Assembly (NCBI GenBank): GCA_965243135.1
Contig: OZ251539.1
Span: 192,001-256,000, forward strand
Length of the DNA stretch: 64,000 nt
Direction of reading: 5' to 3'
Source: Alphaproteobacteria bacterium
GTDB taxonomy: Bacteria > Pseudomonadota > Alphaproteobacteria > MPNO01 > UBA830
The notes under the pieces are model-generated. The model ran no database searches. It saw only the letters and a program-made list of their open reading frames with translations, and was not told where the DNA came from. Numbering within the stretch: position 1 is the first letter of the stretch; every line of letters starts with the position of its first letter. Below, one piece after another: positions 1 to 15,000 of the stretch. Made by a program: the position numbers and the translations under genes.

Positions 1-1
1 G

Positions 2-3000
2 GGCACGGTGTCGAGCGGCGGGGGCGCGGTGACCGGGGCGGCGCTGATGCTGACCGACGACGACGCGCTGCCGACGCTCTCGCTGGCGCTCGAGCCGGCG
101 TCGATTTCGGAGTCGGGCGGGGCGTCGTCGGTGACGGCGGCGCTGTCGCATCCGTCCGGCGAGGCGGTGACGGTGACGGTGGCGGCGGCCCCGGGGACCG
201 GGGCGGCGGCCGCGGACTTCGACCTCTCCGCCGCGACGACGCTGACCATCGCGGCGGGAAGCACGACCAGCGCGGGGGCGGTGACGGTGACGGCGAACGG
301 CAACGACGTGGACTCGCCGGACAAGGCGGTGACGGTCTCCGGCGCGGCGGCGGGCGGCAACGGCGTTGCGGCGCCGTCGAACGCGACGCTGACGCTCGCC
401 GACGACGAGGTCCTGCCGACGGTGACCTTGGCCCTGGCGCCGGCGTCGATTTCGGAATCGGGCGGGGTGGCGTCGGTGACGGCGGCGCTTTCGGCCGCCT
501 CCAGCGAAGCGGTGACGGTGACGGTGGCTGCGGCGGCGGGGACGTATGCGGCGGCGCGGGACTTCACGCTGAGCGCGGCCAGGACGCTGACCATCGCCGC
601 CGGAAGCACGGCCAGCGCCGGGGCGGTGACGGTGACGGCGAACGGCAACGGGTTGGATTCGCCGAACAAGCAGGTGACGGTCTCCGGCGCGGCGACGGGC
701 GGCAACGGCGCGGCGGCGCCGTCGAACGTGACGCTGACGCTCGCCGACGACGACCGCACGCCGACGGTCACCCTCTTCAGCCCGACCGATGCCGGCTGGG
801 AAGGGCACAGCGGCGCGGCGCGGAGGCCCGGCGGATTTACCTACGTCCAGGCGGGGCAGTTGAATTTCGTTTTGCAAATGGATGGCGCGAGCGAGCTGCC
901 GATCACGTTCGCTCTGGGGGCCTCCGGGGCTGCGACCGCGGGGCTGGACTACACCTCCCTCGTCGGGCGGACGTTGACCGTCCCGCCGGGCCGCACGTCC
1001 CTCAGCTTCCACGTGACGGTGCTGGACGACGACATAGACGAGAGCCTCTACGAGTCGGTGAACCTGAGGCTCGCCAACCCGGTCAACGCCAACGTGAGGG
1101 ACTGGACCGCGAACACCCAAATCCGCGACGACGACGACGCGGCGGGGCTGACGGTGGTGGAGAGCCAGGGATCGACCCGGACCGGCGAGGCGGGAACCAC
1201 GGACTCCTTCACGGTGGCGCTTTCCAGCGAGCCGACCGCGGCGGCGACGGTGGAGGCGTCGGTCCCGTCCGGGTCGTCGGGCGAGGGCGAGCTGTCGGTG
1301 GACGGCGGCGGAACCTGGGGCGGTTCGGGAACGCTGAGCTTCAACGCGACCAACTGGAATGTCGCCCAGGAGGTGCGGGTGCGGGGCGTGGACGACGACG
1401 CGGACGACGGCGACGGCAGCTACGCCGTCACGCTGAACCCGGACAGCGCGTCCGACGCCAACTATCGCGGCCTGGGGAACGTCGCGGTGAGCGTGACCAA
1501 CGCCGACGACGACGCGGCGGGGCTGACGGTGGTGGAGAGCGAGGGTTCGACCCGGACCTCGGAGACGGAGACCACGGACAGCTTCACGGTGGCGCTCTCC
1601 AGCGCGCCGACCGCGGCGGTGACGGTGGCGGTGGAGAGCGGGGACGCGAGCGAGGGGCTGGTGTCGGTCGCCGGGGGTTCGACCGCGGCGACGGCGACGC
1701 TGACGTTCGACGGGACCACCTGGAGCACGGCGCAGACGGTGACCGTCCACGGCCAGAACGACGCGCCGGCCAACGCGGTCGACGGCGACGTGGGTTATTC
1801 GATCACGCTGGACCCGGACAGCGCGGCGGCCACGGACACGCCGCCCGGCGACGCCAACTATCGCGCCCTGGCGAGCAGCGAGGTGCGGGCGGCCAATCTC
1901 GACGACGACGGCGCGCGGGTGTCGCTGCATCTGTCGTCGGCGCGCATCGACGAGGACGGCGGCCAGGCCGGGGCGGCGACGGTGACGGCGAGCTTGAGCG
2001 CGACGGCTGCCGCGGCGACGACGGTGACGGTGGCGGCGGACCCGGTAGCGCCGGCGGTCGCGGGCGACTTCGCGCTGAGCGCGGCGAAGACCTTGACCAT
2101 CGCGGCGGGGGCGCTCGCGAGCACGGGCGTCGTGACCGTCGCGGCGGTGGACAACGACGTGGACGCGCCGGACAAGGCGGTGACGGTGTCGGCGACCGCG
2201 GCGACCGGCGCGAACGCGCCGGCGGTGCTGCCGCTGACCTTGACCATCGCCGACGACGACGCTGCGCCGGAGGTGACGCTGGCGGTGGCGCCGACGTCGA
2301 TTTCGGAAGCGGGCGGGGCGGCGACGGTGACGGCGACGCTGTCGCGCGCCTCGAGCGCGGCGACCACGGTGACGGTGACGCCGAAGCCGGGGGCCTGGAC
2401 GGCGGGTTCGGACGCGACCATCGCCATCGCGGCCGGCGCCACGGCCGCCGCCTCGGACATGGCGACGGTGACGGCGGTGGACAATCTGCGCGACGAGGAC
2501 GACCGCCGGGAAACGGTGGCGGCGACGGCGGCGAACGACCACAGCTTCCCCGCGGGCGCCGGGCGGGCGACGGGGGCGGCGCTGACGCTGACCGACAACG
2601 ACAATCAGCCGGACCTGGCGCTGACCGACGCGGCGCAGGTTTCGGAGGGCGACGCCGGCGACGCCATGCCCGGGACGCTGACCTTCGCGGTCAGGCTGGG
2701 CGTGGCCAGCGGCAAGACGGTGACGGTGGACTACGCCGACGCCGGTACGGGCACGGCGACGTCGGGGACCGACTACACGGCCCTTGCGAGCGGGACGCTG
2801 ACCTTCGCGCCGGGAGACCGCAGCAAGGCCATCGCCGTGACGGCGACCGGCGACGCGGGGAACGAGCCGGACGAGACCGTGACGCTGACCCTGAGCAACC
2901 CGACGAACGCGACGCTCAGCGGGGCGACCGGCACGGGCGTGATCGCCGATGACGATACCCGCCCGACGCTGGCCATCGGGGCGGCGAGCGCGAGCGAAGG

Positions 3001-6000
3001 GACCGGCGGCCGGGCGGCGCTGTCGTTCCCGGTGACGCTGAGCATAGCCAGCGGCCAGACGGTGACGGTGAACTACGCGGAGGGGACCGGCGGCACGGCG
3101 ACGGCGGGGGCGGATTACGCGGCGCTCGCCGCCGGCGCGCTGACCTTCGCGCCGGGGGAGACGGCCAGGACCATCGACGTGGCGGTGGCGGACGACGCGC
3201 TGGACGAGGCGGACGAGACGGTGTTGGTGACGCTCTCCGACGCGGTGAACGCGGCCTTGGGCACGGCGACGGGCACGGGGACGATCGCCGACGACGACGA
3301 CCCGCCGACGCTGTCGATCTCTTCGCCGAGCGTGACGGAGGGCGACGCCGGCCAGGCGACGCTGTCGTTCGCGGTGACGCTGGACGCGGCCAGCGGCAGG
3401 CAGGCGACGGTGGCCTGGGCGGACGCGGGCACGGGCACGGCGACCTCCGGGACGGACTATGCGGCCCTTGCGGGCGGCACGCTGACCTTCGCGCCGGGGC
3501 AGACGCGCAAGACCATCGCCGCGGCGGCGATCGGCGACACGTTGAACGAAGCGGACGAGACGCTGCGCCTGACGCTCTCCAGCCCTTCCGGCGCGACGCT
3601 GGGGAGCGCGTCCGCCGGCGTCGGAACCATCATGGACGACGACCCGACGCCGTCGCTCGCCATCGATTCGCCGGAGGTGGGCGAGGGCGGGACGCTGACC
3701 TTCGCGGTGACGCTGAGCGCGGCGAGCGGCAAGCGGGTGACGGTGGCCTACGCGGAGGGGACGGGCGGCACGGCGACCGCGGGGGCGGACTACACGGCGC
3801 TGGCCTCGGGGACGCTGACCTTCGCGGCGGGGGAGACGGTCAAGACCATCGGGGTGGCGGCGTGGAGCGACACGCGGAGCGAGGCGGACGAGACGGTGGT
3901 GGTGGTCCTGAGCGGGCCGACGAACGCGACGCTGGGGACGGCCGCGGGGACGGGGACGATCGCCGACGATCTGCAGCCCTCGTTCGCGGTCTCGCAGGTC
4001 ATGCGGACCCTGGGGATCAACCGGACGTTCCCGACCTTCAGCCTGCCGGCGGCGACGGGGGGCAACGGAACGCTGACCTACGCCATGGCGACCTTGCCGG
4101 CGGGGCTGACGTACACGGCTCCGGGGGCGCGGGATGCGCATGGCGGGCGGATCACGGGGCAGCCGACGCAGGCTCGCGGGGCGACGGTGTACCGGTTGAC
4201 GGCGACGGACCGCGACGGCGACATGGCGACGCTGAACGTCTCCATCGCGGTGTCCGTCAACCCCGGCGTAGAGGAACTCCGCATCACGGACACCGTGGGC
4301 GCCGAGCTCGGGAATTTCCGGACCGGCGAATACATTCTCTTCACGTTCTATTTCGACGCCGCCATCGCCACTTCCGGCGCCGGCGTCGGATTGAAACTGA
4401 AGATCGGCGACAACGACCGCGAGGCGGAGGCCGCCACGTTCTACGACACCAACCCGGACGAACTCACCTTCCGCTACCAAGTGCAGGCGTCGGACTGGGA
4501 CGGCGACGGCATTTCGATACCGCGCCGTCCGTTCCGGTTCTTCTACGACTCCTCCCAAGGCGTCACCGGCTACATCCGGGCCGACGGGGGGCCTTACCAC
4601 AACACGCCGGCGATCGACGACCTCGACGCCCGCGCCCGGATTTCGTTCGCGAACGGCCGTCCGCGGATCAACGACCGGGCGCCGTCGTTCGGCTCGGCGA
4701 CGGCGGCGGCCAAAAGTTTCGTGAAGGGGAGCCGGGTGTGGGCCGACGACCCGGCGCTGCCCGCGGCGAGCTTCCCCGCGCCGGGGGCGGGGGAGACGGC
4801 GACGGACGTCAACTCGTCCCTGACCTACGGCCTGGCGCCGGCGCTGCCGGCGGGGCTCGCCTTCGACGCCGCCGCGCGCCGGATCACGGGCACGCCCACG
4901 GCCGCCGCGCCCGCGGCCGACTACGCGCTGACCGCCACCGACGTGGACGGCGACCGGGCGACGTTGACGTTCTCGCTGACGGTGGAGGAGGACGCCCGGC
5001 CGGCGTTCGCGGCCGACGCCCCGGCGGGATTCGCGTGGACGGAGGACGCGGCGGTTTCGGAGCTGCTGCCGGCGGCGTCGGGCGGCAACCCGCCCCTGGC
5101 TTACGCGCTGACCGGGCCGGGTTCGGCGGCGACGCTGAGCCTGCCCGCTGGGCTGGAATTCGACCTCGACGGGACGGGAACGTGCGGCGCGGCGCGCACG
5201 GTGTGCGGGACGCCGACCGCGGCGTCGGGAGCGGCGGCCTGGACGTTGACCGCGACCGACCGCGACGGCGACGCGGGCAGCCTGGCCTTCTCCATGACCA
5301 TCGCGCCGCGGGCGCCGGACCGGGTGACGGGGGTGACGACGACCCCGGCGGTGGACGCGCTGCGGGTGAACTGGACGGCGGCGGCGAAGGCGGACGGCTA
5401 CAAGGTGCAGTGGAGGTCCGGTTCGGAAAGCTACGACCCGGCGACACGGCAGGCGGCGGTGACCGGCGGGGCGGCGACCGCCTACACGATCACCGGCCTG
5501 GCCGCGGGCGCGGACGCCATGGTGCGGGTGATCTCGACCCGGACCGGGGCGCCGGACGGGCCGGCGTCGTCGGAGGCCACGGGCCGGCCGACGGACGTGT
5601 CCCTGGCGCTGTCGCGGACCACCATCGAGGAGGACGCGGGCGCGGCGGCGGACGCGCGCTCGGCCGCGGTGACGGCGCGTCTGGCGGCGCCGTTGAGCGA
5701 GGCGACGACGGTCACCGTGTCCGCGCGGGCAGGGACCAACGCGGCGGCGGACGACTTCACGCAGACGGGAACGACGCTGACCATCGCGGCGGGCGCCACC
5801 GCGAGCGCCGGGACGGTGACCATCGCCGCGGTGGACGACGAGGTGGACTCGATCGTCGATACGTCCGTCGCCGGCAAGCGGGTGGCGGTGTCGGGCGTCT
5901 CCAGCGGGAACGGGAACCCGGCGGACCTGACGCTGACGGTGACGGAAGACGACGCGGCCGGGCTCGCGCTGGCGCCGGCCCTGCCGGCGGACGCGAACGA

Positions 6001-9000
6001 TCCGTGGTTCACGGTGGCGGAGGGCGGGAGCGCGACGTTCACGCTGGCGCTGGCCAGCGAGCCGATAGCGAATGCGACGGTGAAGGTCTCCAGCGGCGAC
6101 GACGGCGAAGGGCTGCTGTCTTCGGGCGGCGCCGCGCCGGCGGCGGCGACCACGCTGACCTTCACGCCCGCCGACTGGATGACGGCGCAGACGGTGACGC
6201 TGACCGGCGCGACGGACGGCGCGGTGGACGGCGCCGTCGATTACCGGCTGACGCTGGACCCGGACGGCGGGGCCGCGGACGCCTACTCCGTGCTGGCGAC
6301 GGCGCGGGCGAAGGCGCGGACCACGGACGTGGACGCGGCCGGGCTGGCGGTGTCGAAGAGCGCGGTGACAGTGGCGGAGAACGAGACGGAGACCTTCACG
6401 CTGGCGCTGGCGAGCAAGCCGGCGGCGGACGTGACGGTGACGATCGCGAGCGGCAACCCCGCAGAGTTGCGGGTCGGCAAGATCCGGGGCGGCTTCGCGG
6501 ATGCGCAGACGCTGACCTTCGCGCCCGGCAACTGGAGCGCGGCGCAGACGGTGGGGGCGTTGGCGCTGGACGACTTGGTGGACGAGGACGACGAGCAGGT
6601 CGCCTTCACGCTGGATGCGGCCAGCGCGGGCGACGCCGATTACGACAGCCTGGCCAACGTGACCGTGACGGTGACGATGACCGACGACGACCCCTCGCCG
6701 TCGGTCGCCATCGGCCAGGCGCGGGCGAGCGAGGGCGGGGCGGCGCTGTCGTTCCCGGTGACGCTGGCCTTCGTGCCGGGGATGGTGACGGCGAGCGAGC
6801 GGGAGACGACGGTGGATTACGCCGATGCCGGCGCGGGCACGGCGGCCTCCGGCGTGGACTACACCGCCCTGGCCGACGGCACGCTGACCTTCGCGGCGGG
6901 GGAGACGAGCAAGACCATCGACGTGGCGGTGACCGACGACGCGCTGGACGAGGCGAGCGAGACGGTGGTGGTGGAGCTGACCGGCGCGGCCGGTTTGACG
7001 ATCTCGAGCACGGCGGCGACGGCGACGGGGACCATCGACGACGACGACCCGGCGCCGGCGGTCTCCATCGCCGGGGCGAGCGCGAGCGAGGGAGACGCGG
7101 CGCTGTCGTTCGCGGTGACGCTGGGCGCGGCCAGCGGCCGGCAAACGACGGTGGGCTACGCGGAAGGGACGGGCGGCACGGCCACGGCGGGGACGGACTA
7201 CGCGGCGCTGGCCGCCGGCACGCTGACCTTCGCGGCGGGAGCGACCGCCGGGACCATCGAAGTGGCGGTGACGCAGGACGCGGCGGACGAGCCGGACGAG
7301 ACGGTGGTGGTGGAGCTGACCGGAGCGGCAGGTCTCACGCTGTCGAGCACGGCGGCGACGGCGACGGGGATCATCGCCGACGACGACGACCCGCCGGCGC
7401 TGTCGATCTCGTCGCCCGGCGCGGCGGAGGACGTGGGGACGCTCTCCTTCACGGTGACGCCCGACGTGGCGAGCGGGAAGCAGGTGACGGTGGGCTACGC
7501 CGATGCGGGGACGGGCACGGCCACCTCGGGCGCGGACTACACGGCCATCGCGGCCGGCACGCTGACCCTGGCGCCGGGGGCCGCCAGCGGGAGCATCGAG
7601 GTGGCGGTGACGGACGATGCGCTGAACGAGGCGGACGAGACGATCGTCGTGAGCCTGAGCGGGGCGGTGGATGCGAGCGTCGCGCCGGGGGCCGCCAACG
7701 GCGCGGCCACCATCGCCGACAACGACGCCATCACGGCGCAACTGGCGGTTTCGCCGGCGTCGATCTCGGAGGACGGCGGGACGGCGACGGTGACGGCGAC
7801 GATAACGCCGAGCTCGACCGACGCGGTGACGATCACGGTGTCGCCGGATGCGGATTTCACGCTGGCCGGAACGACGCTGACGATCGCGGCCGGGGCGACC
7901 GCCAGCGCGGGGGCGGTGACGGCGACGGCGAACGACAACGCCGCCGATGCGCCCGACAACAGCGTGACGGTGACGGGGCAGGCGGCGGGCGGCAACGGGG
8001 CGGTGACGGTGGCGGGCGCCGCCCTGACCGTCACCGACGACGACGGCGCGCCCCGGGCGGTGCTGACGGCGACGCCCTCCAAAATCGCCGAGGCGGGCGG
8101 GGTGGCGACGGTAACCGCCGGCCTCTCCCATCCCTCGAGCGCGGCGACCACGGTGACCGTGATCGTGAACTTGGGGAAGGACACCCATAACGACGACTAC
8201 ACCCTGACCGGCACGAAGCTGACCATCGCGGCCGGGGCGACCGCCAGCACGGGAGCGGTGACGCTGACGGCGGCGGAGAACGCCGACGCGGAGGACAAGA
8301 TCGTAGTGCTGACGGGCACGGCGGCGAACGACCAGGGGGTCACGATCATCGGCAATTCGCAGGATGCGGATGCCCCGACCGTGACGATGCTCGACAACGA
8401 CGGCGCGCCGGTGGCGGCGCTGATGCTGTCTTCGGCGACGATCGCCGAGGCGGGCGGGAGGGCGACGGTGACGGCCAGCCTGTCGCGAACGGTGTCTTCG
8501 GCGGTGACGGTCTATGTGACCGTGGCAAACTCGGTGTCGCCCACTGACAAGGATGGTTTCAAGGTCAGCGCGAACTCCTCGCTGATCTTCGCGGCGGGGG
8601 CGACCGCCAGCACGGGGGTGGTGTGGGTGGCGGCGGATGCCGACGACGTGGACGCGGCCGACCTGGTTCTGTCGGTCGCCGGCGCGGCCGACGCCAGCAG
8701 CGGCGTGGAGAACCCGCTGCCGGCGACGCTCACCATCGTGGACGACGACGCCACGCCGGAGGCGACGCTGGCGGTGGCGCCGGGTTCGGTTTCGGAGGCG
8801 GGCGGCGTGGCGACGGTGACGGCGACCCTGTCCCATCCATCGGGGGCGGCGACCACCGTCACGGTGACGCCGGTGGCGGGGGGCTACGCTGTGGGCGACG
8901 CCACCATCGTCATCGCGGCCGGCGCAACCAGCAACAAGGACGACGAGGCGACGGTGACGGCGGCCGACGACGACGTCCACCAGGGCAGCGCCGGGCGGAG

Positions 9001-12000
9001 CGTGACGGTGACGGCGTCGGTGGCGAACGCCGTGGGCGCGGACGGCGAGGTGACCGGGGCGCCGTTGACGCTGAGCGACGACGATGCTGCGCCGGAGGCG
9101 ACGCTGGCGCTGACGCCGGCGACCGTTTCGGAGGCGGGCGGTCAGGCGACGGTGACGGCGGCGCTGTCGCGCCCGGCGGCGGCGGCGACGACGCTGACGG
9201 TGGCGGCGGCGGCCGGGACGAACGCGCAGGCGAGGGATTTCGCGTTGTCGGCGGCGACGACGCTGACCATCGCGGCGGGGCGGACCGCCAGCGCCGGCCG
9301 GGTGACGGTGACGGCGGTGGACGACGACCTGGACGGGCCGGCGAAGCAGGTGACGGTGACGGCGACCGCGACCGGCCCGGCGGGGATGCCGGCGGCGGCG
9401 ACGCTGAGCCTGGCCGACGACGATGCGGCGCCGACCGCCAGGCTGGCGCTGACGCCGGCGACCGTTTCGGAGGCGGGCGGGGCGGCGACGGTGACGGCGG
9501 CGCTGTCGCATCCATCGGCGGCGGCGACCACGGTGACGGTGCAGGCGGCGGCGGGGACGAACGCGGCGCCGGAGGACTTCGCGCTTTCGTCGCCGGCGAC
9601 GCTGACCATCGCGGCCGGGGCGACGGCGAGCGCCGGGCGGGTGACGGTGACGGCCAACGACAACGATGTCCATGGGGCGGCGAAAGAGGTGACGGTTTCG
9701 GGCAGCATGACGAACGACCACAGCTTCCCCACGGGCACGGAGCGCCCTGCCGCCGCGACGCTGACCGTCGCCGACGACGAGGAGGCGCCGACGGTGACGC
9801 TGGCGGTGCAGCCGGCCGCGATAGCGGAAGCGGGCGGGACGGCGACGGTGACGGCGACCCTTTCCGGCGCCTCGCCGGCGGCGACCACCATCACGCTGAC
9901 GCCGCTGGCGGGGGCCTACGGCGTGGGTTCGGACGCGGTCATCGTCATCGCGGCCGGGGCGACGGCCAACGCCTCCGACACGGCCACGGTGACGGCGGTG
10001 GACAACGACGCCCACGAGGGCAGCGCCGGGCGGGCGGTGACCGTGACGGCCTCGGTGGCCAACCGCGTGGCGGCCGGGAACGTCGCCGGAGCGAGGCTGA
10101 CGCTTGCCGACGACGAATCCCTGCCGACGCTGGCGCTGGCGCTGGCGCCCGCCGCCGTCGCCGAGAACGGCGGCGAGGCGACGGTGACCGCCGGCCTCTC
10201 CCATCCCTCGGGCGAGGCGGTGACGGTGACGGTGGCGGCGACGCCGGGCGCGGGGGCGGTCTCCGGCGATTTCACGCTGACCGGCGAGACGCTGACCATC
10301 GCGGCCGGGGCGACGGCGAGCGCCGGCGCGGTGACGATCACGGCCAACGACAACGGCAGGGACGAGCCGGACGGGAAAGCGTCCGTCGCCGTGACGGTGT
10401 CGGGAACCGCGTCGGGCGGCAACGGCGTGGCGAACCCGGCGGACGCGGTCTTGGCCATCGTGGACGACGACGGGGCGCCGCAGGTGGCGCTGGCGTTGTC
10501 GTCGGAGTCGGTGACGGAGGGCGGCGGCGCGGCCACGGTGACGGCCAGCCTGAGCCCGGCCGCGTCCGCGGCGGTGACGGTGCGGGTGACGGTGGCGGCG
10601 GTTCCGCCGGCGGCCGCCGTGGACCTCTCCCTGAGCGCGTCCACCAGCCTGACGTTCGCGGCCGGGGCGACGGCCAGCGCGGGGGTGGTGACGATCGCGG
10701 CGGCCGACGACGCCTTGGACGAAGCGGACGAGGCGGCGACGGTGTCGGGAACCGCGTCGGGCGGCGGGGCGCTGGATCCGCCGGCCCTGACGCTCGCGGT
10801 CCTGGACGACGACGATCCGCCGACGGTCGCCATCGCCTCGGCGAGCGTGGCCGAAGGGGCTGCGGGCGCGACGGCGACGCTGTCCCTGCCGGTGACGCTG
10901 GACGCGGCCAGCGGCAAGCAAGTGACGGTGGAGTACGCCGAGGACACGGGCGGCACGGCCACGGCGGGGACGGACTACGCGGCGCTGGCCTCGGGGATCC
11001 TGACCTTCGCCGCGGGGGAGACGAGCCGGACCCTGGACGTGACGGTGACCGGCGACGCCGTGGACGAGCCGAACGAGACTGTGGAGGTGGTCCTGAGCGC
11101 GCCGGTCAACGCGGCATTGGGGGCCGCGGCGGCGACGGGGACCATCGCCGACGACGAGGCGAAGCCGACGGCGACGCTGGCGCTGTCGTCGGCGTCGATT
11201 ACGGAGAACGGCGGGGTGTCGACGGTGACCGCGGCGCTCTCCGGCCCGTCGAGCGAAGCGGCGGTCCTCACGGTGTCCGCGGCGCCGGTGCCGGCGTCGG
11301 GCGCGGCGGCGGCGGACTTCGACCTGAGCGCGGCGAGGACGCTGACCATCGCGGCGGGTTCGACGGCGAGCGCCGGCGCGGTGACGGTGGCGGCGGTGGA
11401 CAACCCCGCGGACGCGCCGGACAAGCGGGTGCGGGTGTCGGCGCGGATCGCGGGCGGCCTCGGGGTGGCGGCGCCGTCCAACGCGATCCTGACCCTGGCC
11501 GACGACGAGGCCCTGCCGACCCTGACGCTGGCGCTGTCGCCGTCGTCGGTTTCGGAGAACGGCGGGGTGTCGACGGTGACCGCAGCGCTGTCGCACCCGT
11601 CGGAAGAGGCGGTGACGGTGACGGTGGCGGCGACGCCGGTGGCGCCGGCGGGGACGCGGGATTTTACGCAGTCGGGGACGACGCTGACCATCGCGGCGGG
11701 TTCGACCGCGAGCGTCGGCGCGGTGACCCTCGCGGCCCGGGACAACGCCGCGGACGCGGCGGACGCGGAAGTGTCGGTGGCGGCGACGGCGGCGGGCGGC
11801 AACGGGGTGGCGGATCCGCCGCCCGCGACCCTGACCCTGAAGGACGACGACAGGCCGGCCGCGACCCTGGTCCTCACCCCGCCGTCGATCCCGGAAGGCG
11901 GATTCTCGACGGTGACCGCGAGGCTGTCGGGCGCGGCGAGGGCGGCGATGACGATCACGGTGGCGACGGCGCCGGGGGCGAACACGGTTTCGCGCGACTT

Positions 12001-15000
12001 CACCACGTCGGACGAGCGGACGCTGACCATCGCGGCGGGGACGGCGTCGAGCGCCGGCGTGGTGACCATCGTGGGGCGCGCCGACTCGCGGGATTCGCCG
12101 GACAAGACGGTGACGGTGACCGGGACCGGGGCGAGCGCGGGAAGCGCGGTGGACGTGACCGGGGCGGCGCTGACCGTTACCGACGACGACCCCACGCCGA
12201 CCGCGGCGCTGGTCTTCACGCGGAGCGGCCAGCGGTCGCCGATCACGTCGATTTCGGAGAACGGCGGCGTGGCTACGGTGTCGGCGCGGTTGAGCGGCGG
12301 CAGTTCGGGCGAGGCGATCACGGTCACGGTGTCCGCGGCGGCGGGGACGAACGCGGCCGCGGGCGATTTCGCGCTGTCGAGCGCGAAGACCCTGACCATC
12401 GCGGCGGGGGCCACGGCGAGCGCGGGCGCGGTGACGCTGAGCGCGGCGAACGACGAGACGGACTCGCCGGACAAGACGGTGACGGTCTCCGGCGCGATCT
12501 CGGGCGGCTGGGGGCTGGTGGCGGACCCGGCGTCCGCGGACCTCGGCATCCTGGACGACGACCCCACGCCGTCGGCGGGGCTGGTCCTGTCGCCGTTCTC
12601 GATTTCGGAGAACGGCGAGGTATCGACGGTGACCGCGAAGCTGTCGAGGCCGTCGACCGAGGCGGCGACCCTCACGGTTTCCGCGTCGCCGGGAGCGAAC
12701 GCGGTCGCCGGCGACTTCGCGTTGAGCGCGGCGAAGACCCTGACCGTCGCGGCGGGGGCCACGGCGAGCGCCGGCGCGGTGACGGTGAGGGCGGTGGACA
12801 ACGACGTTCATGCGCCGGCGGTCAAGCGGGTGACGCTCTCGGCCGCGGTCGCGGGCGGGCGCGGGGCGACGCTGTCGTCGTCCAGCGATCTGCAGATCCG
12901 GGAGGACGACGCGATGCCGACGGTGATCCTGTTGCTGTCGCCGCCTTCGATCCTGGAGAGCGCGGGGGTTTCGTCGGTGACCGCGGCGCTCTCGCGCCCG
13001 TCGAGCGAAGCGGTGACGGTGACGGTGGCGGCGGCGCCGGCGTCGGGGACGGAAACGGTCGCCGGCGACTTCGCGTTGAGCGCGGCGAAGACCCTGACCG
13101 TCGCGGCGGGAGACACGGCGAGCGTCGGGGACGTGACCGTGACCGCGGTGGACAACGCCGCCGACACGGTGAGCCGGCAGGTCACGGTGTCGGGGACGGC
13201 GTCGGGAGGAAACGGCGTTCTGGCGAACCCGGCGGACGCGGAACTGACCATCGTGGACGACGACGGCGGGTCGGTGGTGGCGTTGTCGCTGTCGCGGTCG
13301 TCGATTTCGGAGACCGGCGGAGTGGCGACGGTGACCGCGGTGTTGAGCCCGGTGATGAACGACCCGGTGACGGTGACGGTGACGGCGGCGCCGGGGACGG
13401 GCGCGGACGCGGGCGATTTCGCGCTCGGCGCGGCGACGACCCTCACCTTCGCGTCGGCGACGGGGACGAGCGCCGGCACGGTCACCATCTCGGCGGCGAA
13501 CGACGCCGCGGACGAGCCGGACCAGGCGGTGACCGTCTCGGGAACCGCGGCGAGCCGCGGCGACGTATCGGACCCGCGCCCCGTGACCCTCACCGTCGTG
13601 GACGACGACAACCCGCCGGTGATGTCGATCTCCTCGCCGAGCGTGGCCGAGGGGGCCGCGGGCTCCGCGTCCGCGCTCTCCTTCGAGGTGACGCTGGACG
13701 CCGCCAGCGGCCGGCAGGTGGCGGCGAACTGGAGGGAGCGGACGGACCTGGGCGGCACGGCGACGGCGGGGGCGGACTACGTCGCGCCGGCGGGCGGGCG
13801 GCTGACCTTCGCGGCGGGGGAGACGAGCAAGACCGTCACGGTGACGGTGACGGGCGACGACGTCCACGAGCCCGACGAGACGGTGAAGGTGGGCGTTACG
13901 CCGTTGTCCCCCTTGCACCTGACGCTGGGAACGGCGGCGGTGGGGACCGGGACCATCGTCGACGACGAGACGCTGCCGACGGCGGCGCTGAAGCTCGCGC
14001 CGGCGTCGATTTCGGAGAACGGCGGGGTTTCGACGGTGACGGCGACGCTCTCCGGCAAGTCGAGCGCGGCGGTGACCCTGACGGTCGCGGCGGCGCCGGG
14101 GACGGGCGCGACGGGCGGCGACTTCGCGCTGAGCGCGGCGAGGACCCTGACCATCGCGGCGGGTTCGACGGCGAGCGCCGGCGCGGTGACCGTCGCCGCG
14201 GCGGACGACGACGCGGATTCGCCGGACAAGTCGGTGACCGTCTCGGCGACCGCGGCGGGCGGCAACGGGGTGGCGGCGCCGGCGGACGCGACCCTGACCC
14301 TGACCGACGACGAGGCGGCGCCGACGGTGACGCTGGCGCTGTCGCGGACGAGCGTCGAGGAGGATCCGAACGCGGCGGCGAGCGAGCGGCGGGCCGCGGT
14401 GACGGCGACGCTCTCCGGCAAGTCGAGCGCGGCGGTGACGGTCACCGTGTCGGCGGCGGCGGACGTCAACGCCGCGGCCGACGACTTCTCCCTGTCGAGC
14501 CCGGCGACGCTGACCATCGCGGCGGGTTCGACGGCGAGCGCCGGCGCGGTGACCGTCGCCGCGGTGGACGACGTCGTCGACTCGGTGGTCGATACGTCCG
14601 TGGCGGGCAAGCGGGTGGCGGTGTCCGGGACCGCGTCGGGCGGCGGGATCGCGGATCCGGCGGGCGTCCTGCATCTGCTGATCGTCGAGGACGACGACGC
14701 GGGATTGACGGTGGATCCGGCGTTTCCCGCCGGCCGGCCCTGGCTCGTGGTGGACGAGGGCGACGGCGCGGTCTTCACGGTGCGGCTGGACAGCGAACCG
14801 ACGGAGGACGTGACCGTGGCGGTCGCCAGCACCGACGCGGCCCAGGGCGCGGTGTCGCCGGAGGCGCTGACCTTCACCGCGGCGAACTGGAACGCGGCGC
14901 AGACCGTGACCCTGACCGGGGTGGAAGACCAAGCGGTGGACGGCGACGGCGATTACCGGGTGACGCTGGACCCGGACGCGGCGGGCGACGGGACGGACGC

